Below the pieces are notes generated by a model that was not told the origin of the DNA, did not search any database, and worked only from the letters and a program-made list of their open reading frames with translations. A DNA stretch of 63,999 bases, counting the filler, from Stramenopiles sp. TOSAG23-3 (taxonomy: Eukaryota), in assembly GCA_900128585.1 (NCBI GenBank). It is 16 parts of 16 records of this genome, joined end to end, with 100 filler letters (N's around TTAATTAATTAA, not from the genome) between each part and the next. Parts side by side here need not be neighbours in the genome. Positions count along the whole stretch, not along the records: positions 40,319 to 44,223 come from LT644027.1; positions 44,324 to 48,228 come from LT644028.1; positions 48,329 to 52,224 come from LT644029.1; positions 52,325 to 56,220 come from LT644030.1; 12 more parts are not named here. One strand, 5' to 3'. Made by a program: the position numbers and the translations under genes. Of this stretch, positions 42,970 through 54,130 are shown piece after piece. Position 1 is the first letter of the stretch, and each line of letters starts with the position of its first letter.

Positions 42970-44223
42970 TTAAAATCTGAGCTGGCAGAAGAGTGCAACC
43001 CCAGCTTTTGCCCATTTCTCTGAATCAGCCAATTTAACAGCTTGATTCGTTTCACTTACAAGACTGTCTCGAAAGATTGTGGGTTCTGCGCTGGGCAACT
43101 CAACCCAGAATACGAAATTGGTACTGTGCCCGGTTGTACTCAAAAGACCTGCGCGGGTAAGCGTTTTGTACACGGGGCATCGGTAAATCTTCTCCATTGT
43201 GTATGGCCGGCTTTGAACAGGGTTGAGGTGCATTATTGGCAAAGCACTGTAGAGTTCTCGTGGGTGAGAATCCGCCAGTACATGCGTTTCCTTGCAAAAC
43301 CTTGCCCCCTCTAACTGAAGGCCCCAGATGTAACAACCATCTTCTGGCTTAGCTTCGACGTCACTGCCGTCGTCTTTAAAGTTGTCTTTCATCAAAAAGT
43401 CGTACTCGATTTGATCGATAGGCAATTGGTACTTTCTCGCAAAATTCTGCCTGACACCCGTCAAGAACGCTTGCGGGAAGAAAAATCCACTTATCCACAT
43501 GACTTTTGGCGTCCCGAACTCAACCCAATCGGTCATCATCTTTACGCGGTCCCATAATTCGTCTACCCAGGCCGACAACGGCTTGAGAGAAACGTATGCG
43601 ACACTCTCCCAGACGCCAGGGACAAGGTTGGCATAAAAACTGTTTGCAACGTCTTCCAAGTCGGTACTCATGACCTGAAGTCCTTGGACCGCCAACTGCA
43701 CTCCCTTTAAGGTCGTTTTCATTGCTCGAAGGAGGCGATTAAATTTTTCCTGTTCTTGCACCAAAACGGTGTTCATACTCTCGTTGTAAGTTATGGGGTA
43801 CAGCAACTTGGTCGCGTCGCCTTCCATGTAACCTTCATCAGGCGCAGGTAGATGATCTTCGATCTTCTTGGCAATTGCAAGAATCTGATCGCTTTGCGAC
43901 ATTCCGGCCCCGCCACTACTTCGCGGCTGCAAGGAGCGAATAGTGCCAAGCATGTTATAAGTGTCGTTCTCTGCACAAGTAATGTCTGCGTTTTTATGCA
44001 TGGAGAATACTTCTGGTGCTGGGACAATCGGTAGATTATCAATGTACTCGTTGTAGCTGCTCAAGGGGTGCTCGTCATCGACCGGCGGGCTAATGTACGT
44101 CCCACTTGTGCTAAGTTTAAACCCCTCGTCTAGAATTTCAGGCCGGTAATAACTTCGCAATATAATGTCCACTGTGCGGATATCTTTATCGTCCGTCACA
44201 CGCCCCCCGTAGTTGATTAGAGA
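42970..44223 (-). CDS. Axonemal dynein heavy chain, C-terminal fragment
   Basis: NYGGRVTDD, PEVFSMHKNADIT, WISGFFFPQAFLTG, GLQLEGARF and CPVYKT..RAGLLSTTGHSTNFV. Confidence 0.96.
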   Translation of the reverse strand, partial: SLINYGGRVTDDKDIRTVDIILRSYYRPEILDEGFKLSTSGTYISPPVDDEHPLSSYNEYIDNLPIVPAPEVFSMHKNADITCAENDTYNMLGTIRSLQPRSSGGAGMSQSDQILAIAKKIEDHLPAPDEGYMEGDATKLLYPITYNESMNTVLVQEQEKFNRLLRAMKTTLKGVQLAVQGLQVMSTDLEDVANSFYANLVPGVWESVAYVSLKPLSAWVDELWDRVKMMTDWVEFGTPKVMWISGFFFPQAFLTGVRQNFARKYQLPIDQIEYDFLMKDNFKDDGSDVEAKPEDGCYIWGLQLEGARFCKETHVLADSHPRELYSALPIMHLNPVQSRPYTMEKIYRCPVYKTLTRAGLLSTTGHSTNFVFWVELPSAEPTIFRDSLVSETNQAVKLADSEKWAKAGVALFCQLRF

Positions 44224-44527
44224 NNNNNNNNNNNNNNNNNNNNNNNNNNNNNNNNNNNNNNNNNNNNTTAATTAATTAANNNNNNNNNNNNNNNNNNNNN
44301 NNNNNNNNNNNNNNNNNNNNNNNTTGTATTGTTTTGTCTATCTCACATTTCATATCAATGCTGTATATATGTATGGAAAGATGGAAAAGAACAAAATAAG
44401 AAAAGAAACCCTTCTCACTTTTGGTTAAAAAAAACAATACTTTAAATCACTGGAATGGAAGAGAATTCCAAGATAGTAACAAAACCACAATGGGTCAAGT
44501 TGTGAAATAGTTTGTCTTTTATTTTCA

Positions 44528-45559
44528 CTATAATGTGCAATAGGGGGTTCGCAAACCCCCTCGACCAGGGGCTGTCCCCACTCGTCCCACTCTTAGGATT
44601 TCATTATTGAAGGAGGATTGCACATTCTGAAACTTGGGCTTGGAAGAACAAAGGACATCAAACTTGCAGGACGCAAAGTTACATTTAGTTGGAAACACAG
44701 GGTGTGCAAAGAAGACAAGATCAAATTGACGGAAATGAACAAACAACAAAACCCCGCCACATGATCGCCTTTCAACGAAATCTTCTAAACCTTTCTGCAT
44801 TTGTTCTGGCAATTTTTGTACTGAATTTTGTATAGTATTGAATTGCTGGTCTTGTTTATCCATTCTTGCATTTATTGCTTTAAACTCACTACGCATTTCT
44901 TGGTGCATTTCTGCCTTCTCCTTCATTGCATAATGTTCTCGGGGGCCTTCCTCCGATTCATTTGTTTTTTCCAGGTTCTCACATGTCCATTCATGCTCCA
45001 TGTACACTCTGATGAACCTGTATGCACAACAAATTCCTTTCACTTCCACATCCATCATATCAATCTCTTTCAGTAAATTTTCTTCTACTTCTTTTTGGCT
45101 TTCGTTCTCTTCTATGGTCACGTATTTGTCAAAGGCAATATGCAGATCATTGATGGTACCAGCCGAAAATAATTCTTTCATTTTACTAACAGCCATTTTA
45201 TATTCTTCACAACAATTCTCAGCTACCACAATTGTTGAAATTTTTGACTTCAAGCATTTAATTTCATCCCCAGGCAAACCTGCTCCAACCCAGGAATTAT
45301 CATTCCCAACGAGCCCTTCCATTTTTCCAGTTTGATTTTCACTCAAAATATTTGCTTTTAGCCAACATCGAATAATGGCCTTTTTTGTGATATTGTCCCA
45401 CGATGTAGTAATCAATTTCAATGCATCTACGCCCACTTGTTCAAATTTTGCCATTGCATTCAGTAAACCATATTTGTAAAATTGCTTCAGGGCCTCGCCC
45501 TCGAAATTCTGCTGCCTACGCCTGTCATGTGTACTTTTTGTTTGCATTTGTACGTGCAA
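44528..45559 (-). mobile_element. Degenerate pogo/Tc5-like (DDE_1) transposase C-terminal remnant fused to unrelated sequence
   Basis: DALKLITTSWDNITKKAIIRCWLKANIL matches the C-terminal W..I...I..CW.KA.IL signature of pogo/Tigger-family transposases. The catalytic core is not visible. Confidence 0.55.
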
Positions 45560-45845
45560 AGGTCACACTGGTGCCAGACAGTGCCTATCTCATGAATGTC
45601 CGATAAATGTGGTCACATTGGTGCCTATCTCTCAAATGTTGTTGCACAATATTTTTTTTGCTTTTTAAGTTTACCATTCCAATTCGGATTGTCATTGCTC
45701 AAAGGTGTATACTCCCATGAAACTGATTTCCCAAGAAAGTCCTCCCTTATGTTTTTGGGCTCCAACCGCAATCTCTTGTTCTCTTGTTCCAACGATTGAT
45801 TTGTGTCTTCCAGCTTTGCACATGTCCATTCATGCTCCTTGTACA

Positions 45846-46154
45846 TCATGATGAACCTATATGCACTACATATTGCCTAATCTTAAACTCGACAGACTTC
45901 CCTATGTACTTTTTACCATTAAGTACATTTGTGAGCCTGTAGATGACCCCCCAGCGTTGTTTCTCCTGTTTGATCTGTTTAGGCCCTTTATGCTTCCAGA
46001 TCACAAACTTTGTACATCTTAATTTCCCTAGTGACATCAGAAATCTCTCCTCCAACATGTCTTTCTGCAACTTATCAAACAATATCCGCTGAAAATGTTT
46101 TTTTCCCTCCATTCTTTCCCATTTAGGAATAGTCTTGCTTTCAGTGGGTTCCAA
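45846..46154 (-). pseudogene. Truncated GIY-YIG endonuclease fragment
   Basis: GVIYRLTNVLNGKKYIGKSVEFKIR gives the GIY-x-YIG motif plus the conserved Arg. The ORF stops before the catalytic Glu region. Confidence 0.65.
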
Positions 46155-47130
46155 ATTAATGTTTGATTTATCCCGAGCGAGAAGGGATCCTCAGTTTTTA
46201 GATTTTTTTCCCCCTCGTTATATACATCAATACAGCATTGTAGTAAATGGTTCCCTCATAGGAAATGTTAAATAAGACTACTTATTACAGTAAATAAATG
46301 AGCAATTTCATACAAATATATGAAAGCCAATGGTATGACAATGTTTTATATAATATACTTTACATACATACTATTTTCTTTGTTCTTTCCCTGTTTCGTA
46401 CGTCATACTCTAAAAGAATGACATATGTACAATATGTAAATATTAATAATACGTTCGTTAACAAATGGGAAAGAGTCTAACATGAACACACCATACAGTA
46501 AAAACAGACGTACGTTCGATTTTGGTCATTTTATTCATCATAGGGAAAAAGCATGTTTTACTACACCATTTATTACCTTTTTAAGTACAAATAAATGACC
46601 AATTATCAAATTAGTTGTAGTTGTTAATAATACAGTGTATACTACACATAGGATATAAAACATAATCTAATCCTAAGTTATATATCCCTATATAAATATC
46701 ATATAATAAGTATACAATTTTGTATACTTATTTTACATTTTTTTCTTTTTTTTTTTTTTTTTTCGATCGAAGAAAGAAGAAGAAAAGAAGAAGAAAAGAA
46801 AAAAAGAAGAAATTTTAATTAATCTTCATCATCGTAAGTGTCATAAGTGTTTACGAGAGAGAGAGAGTTTGAAGGAAGGAAAAAAAGAAAGATAGATAGA
46901 TAGGTAGATAAATACTTTCACGGGAATAAACAAAGTATTCGACTGAATTCATAGTTTTATTTATCCATCGATACATTTGTCGTGTTTAGTGTAAAGCAGA
47001 GTGGAAAGGCTTGACACGGGACGTGACGGACGGACATTCTCTTCGACCAAGTTCAGACCGACCTTTTTGTTTTAGAAAGAGAGAGTGGGTGCTTGGCGTT
47101 CTACGTCTGGTGATCTATCTGTGAATTATT

Positions 47131-47859
47131 ATGCCTGGATCGCCGAGTCGTGACAAACCATTGTTGGATGGGAGAAATCCTCCCGCCCCATCCCATTATG
47201 GCGGTGGGAAAAGAGAACAGAAAAAAAAGTCGACCTTGTGGTTGGTCTTGATGATGGTCCTCTTGGTCTTTTTGGGTACATTAAATTTTATTTTGGTCAA
47301 GGCCATGTACAACGCTTTTGGGTCCAAGTACGCCTTTTTTGCAAACCAAGGCGTCAACTTGCTGTACGTTGCATACAGCGGGGGAATGCTGTACCAGCGC
47401 GCGACGTGCACGAACGACATCAAACCGGGCATGAAACTCTTTTCACATTATCGTTTCTTCTACCTGGCCGTCTTGGACGGGCTTGGCACGTTTTTCACCG
47501 CGATGGGGGCCGTGTACACGCCGATACAGTACCAGCCCATTTTGAACCAGACCCTTATCCCGTGCACGATGATCGCCTCGTACCTGTTCCTGCGCCACCG
47601 GTACCGCTACGGCGCCCTGGCAGGGGCCACGATGATTTTCATCGGCGCCTGCGTCAGCGTCGGCCCCGCGCTCCTCGGGGACGAGCGCGAGAACACGACC
47701 GAGTACCGGTGGTACGCGTGCGTCATTTATGCCGCCTCCAACATTCCGATGGCCCTGTCGGCCGTGTACAAAGAGAGCGTCTTCCGTGCCAGGAAACCGC
47801 TGAACGTGTGGTACCTTTGTTACTGGGTGTCATTTTACCAGTTTTTCGTGTCCTTCTGA
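47131..47859 (+). CDS. CRT-like (chloroquine resistance transporter family) protein, C-terminally truncated
   Basis: GTLNFILVKAMY, YAFFANQ, LAVLDGLG, ILNQTLIPCTMIASYLFL, SNIPMALSAVYKE and WVSFYQF. It stops after about 7-8 of the expected 10 TMs. Confidence 0.8.
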   Translation: MPGSPSRDKPLLDGRNPPAPSHYGGGKREQKKKSTLWLVLMMVLLVFLGTLNFILVKAMYNAFGSKYAFFANQGVNLLYVAYSGGMLYQRATCTNDIKPGMKLFSHYRFFYLAVLDGLGTFFTAMGAVYTPIQYQPILNQTLIPCTMIASYLFLRHRYRYGALAGATMIFIGACVSVGPALLGDERENTTEYRWYACVIYAASNIPMALSAVYKESVFRARKPLNVWYLCYWVSFYQFFVSF

Positions 47860-48228
47860 ACGAGGAGTACGCCGGCGCGATTGGAAGGATCATGGCCCCC
47901 GTCTTCGTCATCGTTGCCCTCGTCTGGGTCCTTTTCTGCATACTGAGCGCCCGGCTCTGCCTTCGAGAAGCGAGTCAGAACAATAGCAACGTGGCCGTGG
48001 GCATTGTCGTGCAGGTGATTGCCTGCTGCCTTGTCGGCCTCCTCAGCACCCAAGGGGGGCTCGTGGTCGCGAAGCTCCAGGGCGTCGCGGACTATTCGTG
48101 GCGGGTAGCCCTGACGCCGATCTGGATCCTTGACAGCCTGTGCGCGTGCGCGACCCTGACTATTCTTGGGGCGGTCTTCAAGGACGACGACTTGCACAAC
48201 CCGGCGGCTGCAAACCTGTACGCGATCG
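47858..48228 (+). CDS. TMEM185/TMEM203-like membrane protein fragment
   Basis: LVVAKLQGVADYSWRVALTPIWILDSL. It is in a different frame from the CRT-like ORF and runs off the contig. Confidence 0.5.
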
Positions 48229-48665
48229 NNNNNNNNNNNNNNNNNNNNNNNNNNNNNNNNNNNNNNNNNNNNTTAATTAATTAANNNNNNNNNNNNNNNN
48301 NNNNNNNNNNNNNNNNNNNNNNNNNNNNTTATTATTTCCTTATTTTCATATATTTCGTTTTCGTTTTCGTTAATTTTTGGTCCCTGGACTAGTATCAGCA
48401 GGGGATTCTTCTTCCATCCCATCCCCATCACCCTCCTCTCCTCTTCCTTCTTCGTCGTCGTACCGTACTACCGGTGCAGCAGGTACGAACGTACAAAATA
48501 TACGAACTTCGTAACAAAAATATTATTATTATTTATTATTTATTATATTATTTTTTTATTTATAAAAAAATTGAATAAAATAATAATTGATATGGAGAAG
48601 AAAGAATGTGATGATGGGGTGGAGGAAGAAGAACCACCCTCCTCCTTTGGTAGAATAACAACACT

Positions 48666-50039
48666 TCATACCCCCAAGATACGTTTCAAGTAATCGTTTA
48701 CAAACATTCCATCTGGGTCTAGTTGTTTACGAAGGGTTTTGAAGGAATCCAATTGTTGGTAGACGGGTGCAATGTCTTTTGCAGTGGCCCAGTTCATTTT
48801 CCCCCAGTGCGGTCGTCCACCATACTTTGTCGCTATCCTTTCTAGTCCCTTGGCGTAGGCGTCGAAAATTTCCGAAGGGCCCGTCTTTGTGGCGCTTCCA
48901 AGAACAATATTCGAAAGGACGGCAATTGCCCCGGGGTACATCGGGCTCATCCAAGGCTCGTTTTCGGTGCGTGCAGCGTACCGAAGGCCTGTAAACAGGG
49001 CACACGGTCCCTGGACTTTGGAATTGCACTGTTGCCCAAGCGACCCTTTCATTGAATTCTGGAACTCCATGAACTCGTCCACCAACTTTTCGCTGTCTTG
49101 CACGTTCACAAAGTACTCCATTTCCGTGTACTTGGTGGCATCGTCGGCTTCATGGCACAACGCTTTGAACGACCAGTCGGTGCACGTTTTATTCTGCCCA
49201 TGCACCAAATTGCTAAACTCTTCCAAGGACCCTGGCCAGCACGGGACTATTGGCGTGTCGTTCGGCACCACTTCCCGGAGCAAGAGGGTCGCATTGTCGG
49301 TGTAGGGGGTGTAGTACCATTGGAGCCGTTCGTACTGCTCGTAAAGTCGTGGCAGGTCATTCAGCAGATTCTTGAGGCTGTACGGCATCGCTGTCCGCTT
49401 CAATTTGAACTTGGGAACTATCCGAAGGGTCGTCTCGGTGACAATCCCCAAGGCGCCTAGGCCCACACGCCCAGCATCAAAAATGTCTTGGTTTTCGTCC
49501 CGGCTGGCGTTGACGAACGTACCGTTCGCGAGCAAAATCTTCATTCCCACTATCGCAGTGCTCATGCTTCCAATGTTTTTCCCCGTCCCGTGCGTCCCTG
49601 TCTGGGTGGCCCCAGCAATCGATTGCTGGGCAATGGCGCCGGTGTTTATGAGCGCAAACCCAGCCTCCAAAAGCCGGTCGTTCAGAACGTGCACGCGTAT
49701 GCCAGACTGGACCACCACCACGCTCGCTTCTGGGTCTATTCGAAGGACGCCATTGAGGAAGTCCAAGTTGAGCAACACCGCCGCTGGCGTTTCCGTGAGC
49801 GTAATTGGAGAAAATGAGTGGCCCGACCCGACCACCTTTACTTGGTGGTTGTTCGCATGAGCACTCCTGACTATTTGGACCAGCTCAAGCTCGCTCTTTG
49901 GTTGAACAAACGCGGAAGGGTGGCAAACTTGAAGCCCGTCCCAGTCCGTCCAAGTGACCCCGTCCACCACACAACCAACACAAGCAAGGAGAACAACCAC
50001 GGCGATGAGGCGGCGACTCAGCAAACCCTTTCTCTTCAT
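48666..50039 (-). CDS. Aldonolactone oxidase (L-gulonolactone/D-arabinonolactone oxidase family) with signal peptide
   Basis: FAD-binding VVGSGHSFS (covalent-His position), QSIAGATQTGTHGTG, GLGALGIV, EMEYFV and GGRPHWGK. Confidence 0.9.
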   Translation of the reverse strand: MKRKGLLSRRLIAVVVLLACVGCVVDGVTWTDWDGLQVCHPSAFVQPKSELELVQIVRSAHANNHQVKVVGSGHSFSPITLTETPAAVLLNLDFLNGVLRIDPEASVVVVQSGIRVHVLNDRLLEAGFALINTGAIAQQSIAGATQTGTHGTGKNIGSMSTAIVGMKILLANGTFVNASRDENQDIFDAGRVGLGALGIVTETTLRIVPKFKLKRTAMPYSLKNLLNDLPRLYEQYERLQWYYTPYTDNATLLLREVVPNDTPIVPCWPGSLEEFSNLVHGQNKTCTDWSFKALCHEADDATKYTEMEYFVNVQDSEKLVDEFMEFQNSMKGSLGQQCNSKVQGPCALFTGLRYAARTENEPWMSPMYPGAIAVLSNIVLGSATKTGPSEIFDAYAKGLERIATKYGGRPHWGKMNWATAKDIAPVYQQLDSFKTLRKQLDPDGMFVNDYLKRILGV

Positions 50040-50997
50040 TATTAAATTGGCGGGGGAAAGTAGAAGTAGGCGTTGGTTTGTATTTATCTATTCGATTTTC
50101 ACACCTATAGAAGATTATCACATTTAAATTTTCATTCGTATATTAATCATCAGATTTATGTACAATCTATATAATTCACCTTTCTTTTTACAATTAATTT
50201 TTATTGCAATGAAGAAGAAGTAGAAGTCACTATATATTAATAGCACTAAGAAGAAGAAGAAGAATCTCATCTTCTTCTTTTCTCATCTCATTCTCTTCTT
50301 GTTTTCCTTCTTCTCTTCTTCTCCTTCTTCTCTTCTTCTCTTCTTCTCTTCTTTTCTCTTCTTCTTTTCTCTTCTTCTTTTCTCTTCTTCTCTTCTTCTC
50401 TTCTTCTCTTCTTTTCTCTTCTTCTCTTCTTCTCTTCTTCTTTTCTCATCTCATTCTCTTCTTGCTTCTCTTCTTCTCTTCTTCATTCTTCTTCATTCTT
50501 CTTCTCTTCGTCTCTTCCGATTTTATTATTATTATTATTTATATAACAGTTTCATGATGTATTTATTTACTTATTTATATTGAATATTGAAGTTTCAACT
50601 AACCAACTCTTCTTTCTTCTTCTTCTTCTTCTTCTTTCTTCTTCTTTCTTCTTTCTTCTTCTTTCTTCTTCTTTCTTCTTTCTTCTTTCTTCTTCTTTCT
50701 TCTTTCTTCTTCTTCTTTCATTTTTTAAAATATTTGTACAAAAAATATAATAATAACAACACAACAAGGAGGAGGGGGGGGGTTAAATAATAATAATAAA
50801 TAATAATCATCTCATCTCACATTCTTTTCCTTTTTTTAACGTATACACATTTGAATATTTCACCATCCGTCTCATAATTTTCATTACCACAAAAATATTG
50901 GGGTGTACGATAAAGGTGTACCTCCCTTGTCCTCATTTCCATACAGATTTTTGTCATTCTTTGCTCGTTGGAAAGGTTTGGTGGTGGTGGTTGCAAG

Positions 50998-52056
50998 ATG
51001 GCGAGTAACTCATCGGTCGTGGCGGCGGCTGGGAAACGAAGCACCGTGTCGAAGCACTTTATGTGCTACCTGCTTCGGTCCTTGAACCCGAAACACCCAC
51101 GGAGCACTTACATAGGCTTTGCAGTTCATCCAAAGCGAAGAATTAGACAGCACAATGGGGAGATAAAGGGTGGAGCGTACCGGACGAAACGAAAAGGTCC
51201 GTGGGAGATGTGTGCTGTGGTCCAAGGGTTCCCGAACAAAGTCTGCGCGCTTCAGTTCGAATGGGCGTGGACGAACCCGACGAAGAGCCGTTTGCTCCGC
51301 TCGTACATTCCAAAAACGAAGAAGTACGGGTGCAGGGAGAAGATTAATTTGCTGACGACGATGCTTGCGATCGACCCTTGGAAGAACTACGGTTTGAAGG
51401 TCCACTTTAACTGCGAGGATGTGAGAAAGATGTGGGACCAGCTGGCTGCGAAAAAAATCAACTCAAACGCTTCGGGGGTGGCGGAGCGGTCCGTCGACCT
51501 CACGGCCGTCCCCGTGACCCTGGGGTCCATGGACATGCTGGACGTGTACGTGGACAAACAGACTGAAAAGGACCGGGGAAAGCATGCGCCGCCTGAGTCC
51601 CAAACAGGGATTCCCTCGACGCCAGACGCGTTCGAAAAAAATTCCGTCGCGAAAAGCTGCGTTTTCTGCGCCGAGGACATATTCTCTATCAGAGGTTTTG
51701 CCAAATGTCCAAAGTGCAGTATTCAGGCACACTTGGGGTGCATGGCCGAACATTTCTTAGAAGACCCAGAGGACTTGTTGCCCAAGTCTGGCGAGTGCCC
51801 CTTCTGTGAAGCGGAAGTGGTGTGGTGCGACGTCGTTCAGAAAGGGGCAGAAGCCCGGCAGCCGTCGCCGCGCTACACTCCCGTTCGCCCCCCAAAGGGG
51901 CGCAAGAAGATGGCGAAGGAATCCAAGAAGAAGAAGACGACGAAGAAGAAGAAGAAAGTCATTAGGGCGGGCACGACCGCAAAACGGCGCGGTGGCATTA
52001 CTAACGCGGAGAACTTGGTCCCGCGGAACCAAATCATAATAATAGACGTGCTGTAG
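50998..52056 (+). CDS. SLX1: Structure-specific endonuclease subunit SLX1
   Basis: CYLLRS..TYIGF..PKRRIRQHNGEIKGGA.RT, ALQFEWAW, and a C-terminal C4HC3 zinc finger (CVFC..CPKC..HLGC..CPFC). Confidence 0.93.
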   Translation: MASNSSVVAAAGKRSTVSKHFMCYLLRSLNPKHPRSTYIGFAVHPKRRIRQHNGEIKGGAYRTKRKGPWEMCAVVQGFPNKVCALQFEWAWTNPTKSRLLRSYIPKTKKYGCREKINLLTTMLAIDPWKNYGLKVHFNCEDVRKMWDQLAAKKINSNASGVAERSVDLTAVPVTLGSMDMLDVYVDKQTEKDRGKHAPPESQTGIPSTPDAFEKNSVAKSCVFCAEDIFSIRGFAKCPKCSIQAHLGCMAEHFLEDPEDLLPKSGECPFCEAEVVWCDVVQKGAEARQPSPRYTPVRPPKGRKKMAKESKKKKTTKKKKKVIRAGTTAKRRGGITNAENLVPRNQIIIIDVL

Positions 52057-52186
52057 AGTGCAAAGGGGGCATAGGACCATGTACTACAAGTGTATTAATT
52101 GTAAGTAAAAGAGTATAGTGTGTTTGGACTTTTACGAGAGGCAGGCTTTTGTGAAGGAGAACGCTTGAGGAAAACTTTTTAATTTT

Positions 52187-52224
52187 AAACAAGAAAATTG
52201 GTTGTTATATTTAAGTAATTAAAA
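52187..52224 (-). repeat. Dispersed motif, copy G (runs into contig end)
   Basis: AAACAAGAAAATTGGTTGTTATATTTAAGTAATTAAAA, about 130 nt after the SLX1 stop. Confidence 0.85.
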
Positions 52225-52325
52225 NNNNNNNNNNNNNNNNNNNNNNNNNNNNNNNNNNNNNNNNNNNNTTAATTAATTAANNNNNNNNNNNNNNNNNNNN
52301 NNNNNNNNNNNNNNNNNNNNNNNNC

Positions 52326-53781
52326 GCTGGGGCGAACGGCACGCAACGTGGGACACCGTCGGGCTCTGGGAAGCCCAGGCGTTCCCACAAGCAGCGAAAG
52401 CGCAGGCGAACAAAGGCAAAGAAGCAGTCCTTGCAGATTATAGTTGGAAATTTTAGTTCGGAGATCGATCCTGTACTTTTGGTAGAACATTTCTCTGACC
52501 ACTGTGGCACTGCAAAAGCCTTCGATTTTGGCTACGCGGTGGGCCCAATAAATTTTGGTTTTATAACGTTCCATGACGTGGAGGCGGTGGAAAAAGCTAA
52601 ACTGTTGAACAATACATGTATATATGGGGAAACGGTAACGGTGACCGTGCAGAATCGCTCGAAGTCCAACACAAGCGCCGTTGAAATTAACAAGAAACTA
52701 ATTGTGAAGGAACTGCCGTACAGTTTTGACAATATAGAAGACATACATAACGAAATCTTTGCAATGACAGGGTTGAACCCCGTTAAAGTGGAGGTTTATA
52801 GAAACTGGAGAAAATTGTCGCGGGGGGTTGCTGGGGTCACTTTCGTGGACACCAAGGCAGCAATGGAAGCCAAAAAGAGGCTGACGGGAGACAGCGTCCT
52901 CATGAAGGGCCGAAGAATTTCGGTAGAGTACTACACGGCGAAGAACGAGAAGAAAAAGCCCCCAGGCACGCCCGTTTCCATAGGAAGTGACGGGGCCCGG
53001 AGCCATAGTGGTTCTATCGACAGCACGACCTCGACGGTGGTGCTCTCGAAGACTTCCGTAACCCCGGAACACTTCAAGGATAGCAAGGGGGTGGAGGGTT
53101 CGCGGACGAATGCGAGCGTTGACGACGGCAGTCGGATGTTAACAAAGGGCATATCGCTTGTGTCTTCCAGTCTCGGAGACATTGGGGTGCACGATTTGCA
53201 CAACACTACCCACGAAGAGGTTAGTGAACTCTTGGGGCTGCTGGACAACGACGATATAGACCGAACGCATAACATGTCCTCGACAAGCTCCATAGACGCC
53301 GACAGCTCCAATGGTGAATACCACAGTGCTGGCGATCGTTCCCGCAGCCTTTCCTTTGGGCAGGAAAGCAGCGTGAGTTCTGGCGCGGGCTCGCCAATAT
53401 TCTGGTCTTCGTATGGGGGGGGAAGTATCACTGGCCTACAGGCTTTGTCGCTGGGATCGCCTCGTGGACTGAGCGGTACCGCTCAGGGGGTACCAAAGAG
53501 CGCCCCCACCGTCGGGGAGAAGAACGGGGCCTGCCAACTCCAAAACCGCAGCCCCCCCCCCTAACGCGTTCAAAATCATGAATAGCATGCGGGCATACGG
53601 AACCAGGGGCGAAGGAAACAGCCCCCCCGCGGTCCCGTGGCGACGTCGAAGCGGCATCGTCAAGCACAGTGGCAGTGATTCAGGTTTTCAGGCGTCCAGC
53701 AGTAAGACTGGGGGGTCCATGTTGTACGCGAAAGGACCAGACGGGTCGAGAGGGTTTACATTGAAACGGAGTCGCTCGTAA
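52326..53781 (+). CDS. Two-RRM RNA-binding protein with a C-terminal SUZ-C-like motif; 5' partial; frameshift in a C10 run
   Basis: RRM1 IIVGNF..FGFITF and RRM2 LIVKELPY..SRGVAGVTF. Deleting one C at 53552-53561 joins to NAFKIMNSMR..YAKGPDGSRGF. Confidence 0.8.
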
Positions 53782-54130
53782 ATGAAGAGGAGTGGATAAG
53801 AAAATAAGAGTATCACACGAAACGTACGCGATTAAGTTATCTTTTTGCTTCAAGAGCTCAAAGTCTGGTATTATCACCGTGTTTTCTCCCCACAGATCCC
53901 AGAAAACACACACTGTGTTGATCCAGCTCCCTTTTCGTGGCGCAAAACAATTAGTTACACCATACACCAGTAAGAATTCTTATGGTAATACGTATGATAG
54001 TTAAAAAACACAAAATATATGATAGTTAATATCATACGATGTTAACACGTTCTATTTTATGCAAACGGCCAGTAACGACCTCAAGGCCGCACTCTCGTCT
54101 GGGAATATGTACAGTTGAAAGTGGGCGGTT

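Noticed and set aside
20200-44223. Joining the two dynein fragments into one gene
   Set aside because: They overlap at the NYGG motif but differ just before it (GECNY versus SLINY) and differ in codon usage, so they are probably paralogs.
50269-50790. ORFs rich in F/S/L or K/E/R
   Set aside because: They are translations of TTC/TC microsatellite DNA.
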